DNA of 64,000 nucleotides from a virus: IMG/VR virus record IMGVR_UViG_3300045988_183931, positions 6,965 to 70,964 of that record; one strand, 5' to 3'. Shown piece by piece: positions 26,260 to 34,916 of this stretch (position 1 is its first letter; each line of letters starts with the position of its first letter). The notes under the pieces were generated by a model. It saw only the letters and a program-made list of their open reading frames with translations, ran no database searches and was not told where the DNA came from. The position numbers and the translations under genes were made by a program.

Positions 26260-27610
26260 TGTGGTGATGAAGTCCCGCAATGTTGAATCGTTCAACAACC
26301 TCCTCCCTGTTACATCTGTCACATCAGAGAAATCAAAGGCAGTTGCCAGTCGGAACGGATATATGGCGCCCTATACAGCCGATGAACTGCGGAAGAAGTT
26401 TCATCTAACCGACGACATCATTGAGAACCTCTACTACGGCTGCGGCTTTACCCCGTTTTATTACTGGGATAAGGATAAGGTCATATTCCCCTGCAACAGT
26501 CTTACAATGGCAGCCGACGGTGAAGATAAAACGCCTGAAATCCGAGGGGCTGTTGAGCAACTGAAGGAGAAAATTGCCTCCGGCAACTGTAACTTCATCA
26601 TCACGGCACTCAACGACCGGATGCGGATAGAGTATCTGAAGAAACTCGTTGATGAGGGCTTTGATGGTGCTTACAAACTGTTCTACAATGTCTACCCCTT
26701 TTCCGATTACGGATGCTCCGCACTCGGACGGGATGGTATACTGAAGCTCAAAAGCATGAAAACGCCGGAACAGGTTCAGGCAACGGAGAAGGGGCTCAGG
26801 AAGTATCCTGACACACTGACGGTTTACCGTGGCGCCGGCGATGAAAGCGCAAGTCTGGAGGAAGCGTTCTCTTGGACGCTGGACCCTGCCGTAGCCGTGT
26901 TCTTCGCCACGCGCTTTCCGTCTGACCATGCAAAGGTATATCGGGCTACAGTCGAAAAAGCCTCTGTCATTGAGTATTTCGAAGGCGTGGAGGCTGAAGT
27001 TATTGTATCTCCCGATGACATCAAGGAGGTTGAAGACTTCCCCTTCTATGGTATCGACTGGCTCAACGAGGCAGCGGATGACGGTGCGATAGACGACTTC
27101 TGGCTCTATCAGAAGACTGCTGACTATGACGCCGTTCCATTCCAGATGGCAGGCAAACTGCATGGAAAGGCTCACGCTGGCCGTGTCCTATTCATGTGTA
27201 TGCTGCTGGCATATATGAAGGGTCTGGACTTGGAAGACAAGGAAATTCTGATTGAGGCTGCACTGTATCACGACACAGGCAGGCGTAGCGATTCCGAGGA
27301 TAATACCCACGGTGGCGAGAGCGCAAGGATGCTGCAGGAAGCATATCCTGATACGGACCCCATCACTCTGTTTCTGATGGAGTATCACTGCCGCCCCGAT
27401 AAGGAAGGCTACGACTTCATCTCGGAACACTGGAGGGATAGGCAGGATGCGCTGCGCGTCAAAGCACTCTTTGATATTTTCAAAGACGCTGATGGGCTTG
27501 ACCGCGTTCGGCTCGGCAATTATGAGCTGGATATGTTCCAGCTCCGTACCGAAGAAGCTCGCAAGTTGCCGCAAATCGCAAAAATAACTGAAGAGCAACT
27601 CAAATTCTAA
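26246..27610 (+). CDS. HD-domain phosphohydrolase-like protein with uncharacterised N-terminal domain
   Basis: C-terminal H..HD..D pattern (HAGRV, LYHDTGR, FKDADGLDR). N-terminal region contains TVYRGAG..SWTLD..EAEVIV, an R/S/E arrangement weakly reminiscent of ADP-ribosyltransferases. Start ATG 26246 (RBS GAAGGAG). Confidence 0.5.
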   Translation: MNITDVVMKSRNVESFNNLLPVTSVTSEKSKAVASRNGYMAPYTADELRKKFHLTDDIIENLYYGCGFTPFYYWDKDKVIFPCNSLTMAADGEDKTPEIRGAVEQLKEKIASGNCNFIITALNDRMRIEYLKKLVDEGFDGAYKLFYNVYPFSDYGCSALGRDGILKLKSMKTPEQVQATEKGLRKYPDTLTVYRGAGDESASLEEAFSWTLDPAVAVFFATRFPSDHAKVYRATVEKASVIEYFEGVEAEVIVSPDDIKEVEDFPFYGIDWLNEAADDGAIDDFWLYQKTADYDAVPFQMAGKLHGKAHAGRVLFMCMLLAYMKGLDLEDKEILIEAALYHDTGRRSDSEDNTHGGESARMLQEAYPDTDPITLFLMEYHCRPDKEGYDFISEHWRDRQDALRVKALFDIFKDADGLDRVRLGNYELDMFQLRTEEARKLPQIAKITEEQLKF

Positions 27611-27615
27611 ACACA

Positions 27616-27646
27616 AAAGCACCTCTCTCTTGAGAGGTGCTTTTTG
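27616..27646. terminator. bidirectional intrinsic terminator between convergent genes
   Basis: GCACCTCTCTCTTGAGAGGTGC flanked by A-run and T-run. Confidence 0.65.
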
Positions 27647-27743
27647 CTTATTTTTCAAGGTTGCAACCAACTTGCGACAAACCAAACTAAATTTCAAGGA
27701 AAAAGCTAAGAGATTGGGTGAATAAGCAAAGAGATAAGCAAAC

Positions 27744-27953
27744 TCAAGTTTGCGTTTTCTTTGCAGCTCCGAGAGGTTCAATGAAGCGAGTTGCCCAGTC
27801 TTCCTTACCACAGCGCGGACAAGGGCGGTGCCAATCGTACATAAGATGGCCGTCAACATCAACCTTGTCAGTTAAGGGAGCAGTCTGCCCGCAGGCACTG
27901 CAAAACACGACGTATTTGAGAATTCCGGAACTGTTCTTCTTTACCGCAGACAT
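27744..27953 (-). CDS. small zinc-ribbon protein (69 aa)
   Basis: CSACGQ ... CPRCGK. RBS AGGTGAGGTG. The start overlaps the stop of the upstream gene. Confidence 0.5.
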   Translation of the reverse strand: MSAVKKNSSGILKYVVFCSACGQTAPLTDKVDVDGHLMYDWHRPCPRCGKEDWATRFIEPLGAAKKTQT

Positions 27954-30143
27954 TTACACCTCACCTCTTTCCGCTTTCTCAGCAAACCATTTTAAGAATC
28001 TCGATACATTGCGGGAATGGAGGCTATGGACATCTTCGGCGAGCTTCCATTCTGACAGGTCTACCATCCAAGAAGGGTACTTCTCCGTAAAGCCGGGGCA
28101 AGAGCGGTCAAGGTGCTCTTTCTCGGATGCCTCGCGCTGGCGGATGTGCTGCAGTGCCACATTCAGGTACTTGATACCGTAGGCGTAATCCACGCACTTA
28201 CCGCCGATAATCCATCCACCGAGGTTCTTGGTATTGATGGCGTAAGTCAGCCACTCGGAGTTCATAAAAGCGAGGTTGATATATTCGTCGCGGAACACCT
28301 CGAAGTTGGAACGGGCGCATTTCTTGCCCTCGTCAGCATACCAACGGCGGTTTATGGACTCGCCTTTCTCCACAGATACGAAGAAATGCGGCTTAGTCTC
28401 CATAACGGTTTCGATGATTTCAGCGTCATCGCCGAGATTACTGCCATCGCCATATGTGGAGTAGCGAATGCCATTAAAGAGATAATAGGTGCGCTGCTCC
28501 GGTGCGTCATACTCCACCAGATTGATGGGATAGATGGCGCAGTCATCAACGGAACAGTCATGGGTACGGTTGCGGTCTCCCCTGCCACGGTCATTCCAGT
28601 AAGGCCTATACCTGTATTCTCTCCCCGGAGTCAAAGAAAGGACGGTCAAGATACTATCACCTTTCTTTGCATCAGGCTTATTGCATCGCTTCACGATGTC
28701 TACAAAGCTGCCATAACGGTTGTCGGTCAACCAGCGGTCAGCCATGGAAAACACGACATATTCGGAGGACTTGGAGATTTTGACACCATCCGGCAGAGAA
28801 AGGATGTTGGAGCTATCCACCACACCCTGCAGGATATTGAACAGGAAAATTCTGGAAACCATTTCCACGACCATACTTCGCGCCTGTGAACGCTCCTCTT
28901 TGACACGCTGCTTCCGCTGGTATTCATCCTCCTGCCCGATATACTCCGTATTGACGCGGAAATCCTTGGGATTTACTTCCATAATGAAGTCATCTGTCAC
29001 ATGGACTTCCTCCGGGTCAGTCCAACCGATATAGACATTTTCTCCGTTTCGGATAATGATACCAATGGTGTTCCCGTGGTAGATATTATAGCTGTCCAGC
29101 ATATTGCTCCACATCTCATGCCCAAAGAAATGTTTGCCGGTCTTGCTGAGACGAACCAGTGCCACGCACTTCTCACTGGGAGCAAAGGTATCCAGCGCAA
29201 CAGGAGACGCTGCGAGAAACTCCTCGAAATACTTCAGCTTGCTTTCTTTCATGTTGTAAATGGAAGCAAGACGCCCCATCTCTTCATCGAGAAAACGGAG
29301 CTTCTGGAACAGGACAACCGGCTCCTTTTCCGGTGCGTTCCGGCCAGTGCGGATACGGGTAAAGTTGATTGTCTCACCCATGTAGCAGCGGATAGCATAA
29401 ATCTGAGATTCCAACAGGTAAATCTGATTGTTCATCATTTCTACCTGTTCCTCCAGAGCCTCGCGTTTGGCGGACAGCTCTGCCATCAGTTTGTCCTTTT
29501 TCTTCTCCAAGGCGGCCATGGCACGCTCGACCTCTTCCTTGAGGGCGCGGAGTTCATCACTGGTTCCGTTCTTGGTATCTTCGATATTGGCTTTGAGGGC
29601 GTTCAGCTCCGCCTCACGGTCGGACAGACCTTCGCGCACCTGAGAGACCGATAGAGACTCAGGCACGGATGCCGGCAGCGTCGATGAAGCGCCGTGCGTT
29701 GCGAGGGCTCGCATCTCGCCCACGGACATTGCGGAATAGTCCTTGACCGGCACATACTCCGCCACCAGAGAGTCCGGCTGGTAGAGAAAGAACCTACGAC
29801 TGCCGAGGCCGACGACCATACCAATGCCCTCATAAATGCTATATACGTTGGCAGGCTGCTCATAGGTCTTACAGTAGTCGATGAACTCAGAAAGGTTCTT
29901 GAGGTAGTCCTCAATGCGTTTCCGCCACCATCTCTCATTGGTGTCACTATTATCTCGCGAGAGACTGGACAGGTCTGTGAGTCCAGAAAAGAGCGTTGCA
30001 TCGTCTCTGTCATTCTCCCTGATAATGTGGGTTTCCTCCTGTCGGGCTTTTTCAAAGCGCCATTCACGGCTTCTCGCCGCCCACTCATTCTTGTATGCCT
30101 CGATGTCATTAAAGCGCACCGTCCCCAATATGGTGTTCTTCAT
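27954..30143 (-). CDS. large hypothetical protein (729 aa) with central coiled-coil region
   Basis: RBS GAGGTGAAAGGA then ATG. Heptad-like segment ELRALKEEVERAMAALEKKKDKLMAELSAKREALEEQVEMMNNQIYLLESQIY. No NTPase or nuclease motif visible. Confidence 0.55.
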   Translation of the reverse strand: MKNTILGTVRFNDIEAYKNEWAARSREWRFEKARQEETHIIRENDRDDATLFSGLTDLSSLSRDNSDTNERWWRKRIEDYLKNLSEFIDYCKTYEQPANVYSIYEGIGMVVGLGSRRFFLYQPDSLVAEYVPVKDYSAMSVGEMRALATHGASSTLPASVPESLSVSQVREGLSDREAELNALKANIEDTKNGTSDELRALKEEVERAMAALEKKKDKLMAELSAKREALEEQVEMMNNQIYLLESQIYAIRCYMGETINFTRIRTGRNAPEKEPVVLFQKLRFLDEEMGRLASIYNMKESKLKYFEEFLAASPVALDTFAPSEKCVALVRLSKTGKHFFGHEMWSNMLDSYNIYHGNTIGIIIRNGENVYIGWTDPEEVHVTDDFIMEVNPKDFRVNTEYIGQEDEYQRKQRVKEERSQARSMVVEMVSRIFLFNILQGVVDSSNILSLPDGVKISKSSEYVVFSMADRWLTDNRYGSFVDIVKRCNKPDAKKGDSILTVLSLTPGREYRYRPYWNDRGRGDRNRTHDCSVDDCAIYPINLVEYDAPEQRTYYLFNGIRYSTYGDGSNLGDDAEIIETVMETKPHFFVSVEKGESINRRWYADEGKKCARSNFEVFRDEYINLAFMNSEWLTYAINTKNLGGWIIGGKCVDYAYGIKYLNVALQHIRQREASEKEHLDRSCPGFTEKYPSWMVDLSEWKLAEDVHSLHSRNVSRFLKWFAEKAERGEV

Positions 30144-30165
30144 GTCCTTTCACCTCGCCCAAAAT

Positions 30166-30615
30166 TCAAGTTTTACAGTAGCGGATAAAGTCCTGTGCCG
30201 AGAACGGCAGATTATCGTATCCGCAGTCCTTCAAATAACGGGAGACAACAGCAGAACTCATACTGATACGTCCATCTCCCGATGCCTTCATATGCTGTAA
30301 GCAGATGTCAGCATAACCATCTACCACATCAAGGTGTTCCAGACACCACTTCTCAACGCGGCGTTTGCGGGCCGCCAGAGACCGCTGTTCGGGATGCGGC
30401 ATCTTCTTGTAGGTGTATGCCTTTGCCGCCTTCTCGCGGCTCGTGTAGCCGAAACCTTGGGCATCATCCAATACCGCACCAGTCTTGGGCTGTATGACAA
30501 TGTAACGCGGTTCATATTCTGAGGAGAGCTCCCGCGAATATACGACTTTGAAGTAATCAGCCATACAAACAATCATCGCCCTTCCACCGATTTTGATACT
30601 CAAGCTGTTCCCCAA
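30166..30615 (-). CDS. hypothetical protein (149 aa)
   Basis: First gene of the minus-strand operon. TTG start with AGGTGAGAG upstream. Alternative ATG at 30576. Confidence 0.4.
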   Translation of the reverse strand: MGNSLSIKIGGRAMIVCMADYFKVVYSRELSSEYEPRYIVIQPKTGAVLDDAQGFGYTSREKAAKAYTYKKMPHPEQRSLAARKRRVEKWCLEHLDVVDGYADICLQHMKASGDGRISMSSAVVSRYLKDCGYDNLPFSAQDFIRYCKT

Positions 30616-30624
30616 GGTGCTCTC

Positions 30625-30760
30625 ACCTCGGTGCTGTACCGCCTCTCACGCGGTGTTCAGCCATGGGAAGTTCCTGCTTCTACGACGGAGTTCGTCTCCA
30701 CAGGCGTAAATTCCGGCTGTACCATCCGTACGTCTTTAAGTGTGCAATCATTGCACACTT
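30625..30760 (-). repeat. partial, diverged copy (copy C) of the IS-end/omega-like scaffold including the 19-bp palindrome
   Basis: Region 30660..30737 aligns to 880..957. Perfect palindrome GTGTGCAATCATTGCACAC at 30741..30759, as at 978..996. Confidence 0.45.
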
Positions 30761-30803
30761 TCCTTGGATAATGAGCTTCCTTCGGATATAATCGTCATAC
30801 CGA

Positions 30804-30998
30804 GGTATACAACCCTGTTATTTCGGGGTGGTGTATACCCCTAACCGTGACATATCCTTTACGATAACGGGTATATGCCAGTGTGCAATGAGATGGTATA
30901 GTACCCTGTTTTTTTCTGGGTGGTGTATACCGCCACTCAAATTCAACGTGCGGCATCTTGTGGTATAGTACCCTGCTATTTCTGGGTGGTGTATACCC
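30804..30998. repeat. array of three ~37-bp IS-end hairpin direct repeats separated by unique 54-bp and 30-bp spacers
   Basis: Repeats at 30804-30840, 30895-30931 and 30962-30998 (GGTATAGTACCCTG.T.TTTCTGGGTGGTGTATACC). The third is the terminal hairpin of scaffold copy B. Confidence 0.55.
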
Positions 30999-31136
30999 AG
31001 CACAGGTATTCAGTCCCCCAATGCGTTGGTCGTCACCTCTCACGTGACTACCAGCCAACAGAGTATTCCTGCTTCCACGACGACCATGCATCTCCACAGG
31101 CGTTAATTCCGGTTATACCATCCGTACTTGTTTTTT
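30962..31136 (-). ncRNA. orphan omega-RNA-like scaffold / IS right-end copy B, abutting the tRNA-Ser 3' end
   Basis: ~90% identity to 788..957. Same strand as tRNA-Ser and starts 1 nt after its encoded CCA. No adjacent tnpB. Confidence 0.45.
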
Positions 31137-31224
31137 TGGCGGAGAGAGTGGGAGTCGAACCCACGGATGCTTTCGCATCGCCGGTTTTCAAGACCGGTGC
31201 CTTCAACCACTCGGCCACCTCTCC
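31137..31224 (-). tRNA. tRNA-Ser (anticodon TGA)
   Basis: 88 nt. Anticodon stem-loop ACCGG-TCTTGAAAA-CCGGC, long variable arm GATGCGAAAGCATC, T-arm GTGGG-TTCGACT-CCCAC, CCA encoded. Confidence 0.8.
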
Positions 31225-31267
31225 GTATTCCCCGCCGCAGGGAGTGCCTACGGTGGGGTAATTGTTT

Positions 31268-32704
31268 TTACTCGGCTTCGCCCTCAGTGACGGCGGTAGG
31301 CTCAACACTGGGAGCAGATGCGGGAACTGCGACCTTGCCTCCGACAAAGCCGGCCAGCAGGCTCCGCAGGTCGATGCCCAAACCGTTCAGCATACCGTTG
31401 GAAACCTGAGTGGTAGAAGAAACGATGTCCTCAATCAGCTTCGTACTGTTACCCTCGCCGTACATGGTGATGGAATCCACATTAGTGAGAGGCGCGGCCA
31501 CGTTCTTGGCAATTTCGGGCAGTGCGTTCATAATCATCTCGACCACTGCGGCTTCACCGTACTTTTTCATGGCCTCAGCCTTACGGTCGATACCTTCCGC
31601 TTCGGCCAGAGCCTTGGCCTTGATAGCCTCGGCTTCTGCGGCACCGACGGCCTTGATACCTTCGGCAATCTGCTCCTGCTCGAAGCGCTTGGCCTCGGCT
31701 TCCTGCTTGCGGGCGTACAGCTCTGCTTCGGCCTTCTTTTCGGCAGCGTACTTATCGGCATCTGCCTTCTTGCGAATATCAGCATCCAACCGACGCTCCT
31801 GCAGCGTGATTTCACGCTCTGCCAGTTCTGCTTCCTTCTCGCGCTTCGCAATGTCGGCATCGGTAGATGCAATATCGAGGCTCCGGCGCTGCTTCTGTTC
31901 CTCAATCTTATAGGCAGCATCGGCAGCAGCCTTCTTGATGTCGGAGGTTTCCTTCAGCTCGGCCTGCTTCACGGCCAGTTCGGTCTTACGAATAGAAATC
32001 TGTGTATCGGATGCGACCTGAGCCTCGTTCGCCTGACGAGCCGCCTCCGCCTGAGCAATCTGGATATCGCGCTCCGCTTCGGCCTTGGCGATAGAAGCAT
32101 TTTTCTGGATTTGACTCATATTATCCTGACCCAGAGCATTGATAAGGCCCTTCTCGTCGGTCACGCGCTGGATATTACAGGAGATAATCTCGATACCCAA
32201 CGCATTCATGTCAACCTGCGCCTTTGACTGGATTTCATCACCGAATTTCTTACGGTCATTGCAGATTTCCTTGAGCGTTATAGTCCCGATAATCTCTCTC
32301 ATGTTTCCCTGCAGAGAGTCCGAAATCGCCTGCTCAAAGCCACGGGCATCAGTGATGTTCAGGAAGTTCCGCATAGCCAGCTTAATGCCCTCGTCATCTG
32401 TCCTGACACGGACCTTGGCAACGGCATCCACATCAACGCCGATGAAGTCCAGTGTGGGAATGTAGCCATCGGATTTGATGTCCACGGAAATCTGACGGAC
32501 AATTAGCTTATCGACGCGCTCCAGAAACGGAACGCGAACGCCGGCACGACCAATGAGGATTTTGGGCTTCTTGCGAAGACCGGAGATGATATACGCCATA
32601 TCGGGCGGCGCCTTGATATACCCCAAAATACAGATGATGAGGACCGCAATCACGATAATTGCGGGGACGAGAACGGCCTTGTTCCCAAAGAGCAGGTCAA
32701 ACAT
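31268..32704 (-). CDS. flotillin-like SPFH/band-7 domain protein
   Basis: N-terminal TM, SPFH-like region, long Ala/Glu/Lys-rich coiled coil (AEAERDIQIAQAEAARQ...). Typical of FloT/YuaG. Confidence 0.75.
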   Translation of the reverse strand: MFDLLFGNKAVLVPAIIVIAVLIICILGYIKAPPDMAYIISGLRKKPKILIGRAGVRVPFLERVDKLIVRQISVDIKSDGYIPTLDFIGVDVDAVAKVRVRTDDEGIKLAMRNFLNITDARGFEQAISDSLQGNMREIIGTITLKEICNDRKKFGDEIQSKAQVDMNALGIEIISCNIQRVTDEKGLINALGQDNMSQIQKNASIAKAEAERDIQIAQAEAARQANEAQVASDTQISIRKTELAVKQAELKETSDIKKAAADAAYKIEEQKQRRSLDIASTDADIAKREKEAELAEREITLQERRLDADIRKKADADKYAAEKKAEAELYARKQEAEAKRFEQEQIAEGIKAVGAAEAEAIKAKALAEAEGIDRKAEAMKKYGEAAVVEMIMNALPEIAKNVAAPLTNVDSITMYGEGNSTKLIEDIVSSTTQVSNGMLNGLGIDLRSLLAGFVGGKVAVPASAPSVEPTAVTEGEAE

Positions 32705-32731
32705 AGTTCTTTCTCCTTTATTCTTTCTTAT

Positions 32732-33523
32732 TTAGTTTTCAGCGGAGTATTCCGCGTCCGCCCAGTTGAGGCCGGTGCCGTAATCAATCTTGACACCGGG
32801 CTGCACATTATAGCAAAACACACAGAACTCAATGGTATCATCTTCCACAGAAAGGGCTTCCATCAAGACACCGTTCGCTACAAGGTTGTCGCCTTCAAAA
32901 ACGGGAGTCACACGATACAGAACGTGGTTGTTTGTCTCGTGAACATAATCAGCAATCTCGTTCTCAAACGGCAGCATACCAGTTACATTGAGGTAGCGAG
33001 TTCCGGTGATGAGGTTCTTGACATTGGCGTTCTCGCCTGTAAGCTGATAGCCCAGCAGATGACAACGATTGTAGAGGTACTTGCCATCCACGCAGTCGTA
33101 TTTGTTCAGGTGCCAGCCTGACGGCTTCACGGAACCGATAGACCCTCGTTCTTCCGTAGGCATCAGCTCTTGGCACACATTTGCGTAGGCAGTCCCGCAG
33201 CGTCCAAGGTCATCCAACTCGGAAAACAATTCGAACGGCTCTGTGGTCATATCAACTTCTGTAAAGAAAGGAACATTACCGTTTACAACGACATATGGCT
33301 CCCCTTCAAACGGAACAATGTCATCTAACGAAAACCAGCTCTTATAACTCTCCTCGTAGACGTCAGACGCTTCTGTATACGACGGATGGTTGTCGGGGCC
33401 AAGGTTCTCTGTGAGCTGCGGAATGAGCTCTACTCCGAGAAACACAGCAAGGGCAACAAGGAAAGCGAGGAGCCCTCGCAAGGCATTCGTGCCGTTGTTT
33501 TTCTTGTTATTATTCTTTACCAT
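32732..33523 (-). CDS. DNA/RNA non-specific endonuclease (NucA/EndA-like), secreted or membrane-anchored
   Basis: N-terminal signal/TM segment. NRCHLLGY motif resembles the DRGH active site of the Endo-G/NucA family. Confidence 0.55.
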   Translation of the reverse strand: MVKNNNKKNNGTNALRGLLAFLVALAVFLGVELIPQLTENLGPDNHPSYTEASDVYEESYKSWFSLDDIVPFEGEPYVVVNGNVPFFTEVDMTTEPFELFSELDDLGRCGTAYANVCQELMPTEERGSIGSVKPSGWHLNKYDCVDGKYLYNRCHLLGYQLTGENANVKNLITGTRYLNVTGMLPFENEIADYVHETNNHVLYRVTPVFEGDNLVANGVLMEALSVEDDTIEFCVFCYNVQPGVKIDYGTGLNWADAEYSAEN

Positions 33524-33721
33524 AACGCTTTCCTTTCGAGTCTTTTATGTTTCTATCGTAATTCGACTATAACACGAATATAAAATAATGTCAAGTCTAC
33601 ATGGTGCTTTTCGCTTGACATTATGTTCGAATATGGTAATATAGAAAATGTAGAAAAGCAAGTCCCGCCACGGTCTTTAGGGAATGTGGCTGTGGCGGGA
33701 ACCTGCCAACGGAGGTATTTT

Positions 33722-33955
33722 ATGCTTGAAAAACTTGTCAATATTTTTGAACGTATCAAAGTTTGGGTATTGACCCTTACCCCCGCACAAATCGCGAGTC
33801 TGCTGATTCTCATTGCCGCACTGTATGCGGCGCGGAAAGTAGTGAAAAAGGGACTGTCTGTTGTATTGACCATTCTGGCTGTTCTGGCCGGACTCTATTT
33901 CCTCGTACCGAACATCTTCTACACTGTTCTCGGTTGGCTCACGAGCATCATTTAA
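33722..33955 (+). CDS. small membrane protein (77 aa)
   Basis: RBS GGAGG 6 nt upstream of ATG 33722. Two hydrophobic helices. Confidence 0.45.
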   Translation: MLEKLVNIFERIKVWVLTLTPAQIASLLILIAALYAARKVVKKGLSVVLTILAVLAGLYFLVPNIFYTVLGWLTSII

Positions 33956-34010
33956 CCTACTAAACCCACTGAGGCTATCAACTACGCCTCCACACTGAAA
34001 GGACAAAACT

Positions 34011-34442
34011 ATGAATCACTATGAAACTCTTCGCCTGCTTTGGATTGTAGGCCGAACCGTTGCCACCTGCATACTTCTTGCCTTTATTCTTAAAAAGGCC
34101 AAGTATCCCATTTGGGCGGGGCTTATCCCCGTGTATAACATCATTTGCCTATTCTATTCCGTTTTTGGGAACCTTCGCTATATATGGCTGATGCTCATAC
34201 CGGGTGTAAACCTCATCATGTGGATTATCATATGGGTGAAGTTCATACCTATGCTTGGCGTCGAATATCAAGGTCGCACCAGCTACCACACCCCTAAACT
34301 TTTTATTTGGATGATTTTCTTCCAGCTCATCGTCCTTGCAATTCTGGCTTTTGACGCCACAGAGTACAAGGGCGAATTTCCCGGACCGAACCCATTCTTA
34401 AAAAAACCTGTTTCAGCCAAGGCTGATGAGACTGTAGGTTGA
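34011..34442 (+). CDS. membrane protein (143 aa)
   Basis: Four hydrophobic segments. RBS AAAGGA. Confidence 0.5.
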   Translation: MNHYETLRLLWIVGRTVATCILLAFILKKAKYPIWAGLIPVYNIICLFYSVFGNLRYIWLMLIPGVNLIMWIIIWVKFIPMLGVEYQGRTSYHTPKLFIWMIFFQLIVLAILAFDATEYKGEFPGPNPFLKKPVSAKADETVG

Positions 34443-34460
34443 TAGAATTGGGAGAGTTGT

Positions 34461-34916
34461 ATGAACAATCAAATTGGACTCAAAGAAGCGTGGGAACAGT
34501 TGCTGGCGTATGACCCTGCTGTCTGGATAGGAGTTTTTACTGCTATCGTTGTTTTTGCTATTGAAATCGTTTTATACAAAAAGGGAATCATTTTTTCGAG
34601 CGGCGAGAAAAAAATAGCGAAGGCAAAAGAAAGCGGGCATATGCTTTCTGCAACACAGGTAAAATGTCGTTATTATGAAAAAAGCTCTGGTGCAAGAAAT
34701 TATGTAGCCACATACGAATATGAGCTTAATGGATTGCACACAAAAAAGGTTGTAACCTCAAATAGTATGCCACCTTTGAAAATCACTCTTTACCACGATA
34801 ACGGCAGAGTTTTTTCGGAGGCTGATGTAAGTTCAAGCCCATCAAAACTTCTTATGTATATTATCCCAATTATCGCTGCAATAGCGGTGATGAAAGCATT
34901 GGGATTTGAGGGCTAA
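34461..34916 (+). CDS. membrane protein (151 aa)
   Basis: RBS GGGAGAG. N- and C-terminal hydrophobic helices. Confidence 0.5.
   Translation: MNNQIGLKEAWEQLLAYDPAVWIGVFTAIVVFAIEIVLYKKGIIFSSGEKKIAKAKESGHMLSATQVKCRYYEKSSGARNYVATYEYELNGLHTKKVVTSNSMPPLKITLYHDNGRVFSEADVSSSPSKLLMYIIPIIAAIAVMKALGFEG

Noticed and set aside
30804-30998. Repeat-spacer-repeat array considered as a CRISPR array
   Set aside because: Only three repeats. Spacers of unequal length (54 and 30 bp). One spacer contains fragments of the IS-end palindrome. The repeats are identical to the IS terminal hairpin. No cas genes in the window. Better explained as IS-end-derived repeats, kept as a finding in that form.
31262-32227. 321-aa + strand ORF and 31410-31913 Ala/Ser-rich ORF
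   Set aside because: They are antisense to the flotillin gene (Ala/Glu/Lys-rich coiled coil). The + strand has the compositional mirror and no start context.
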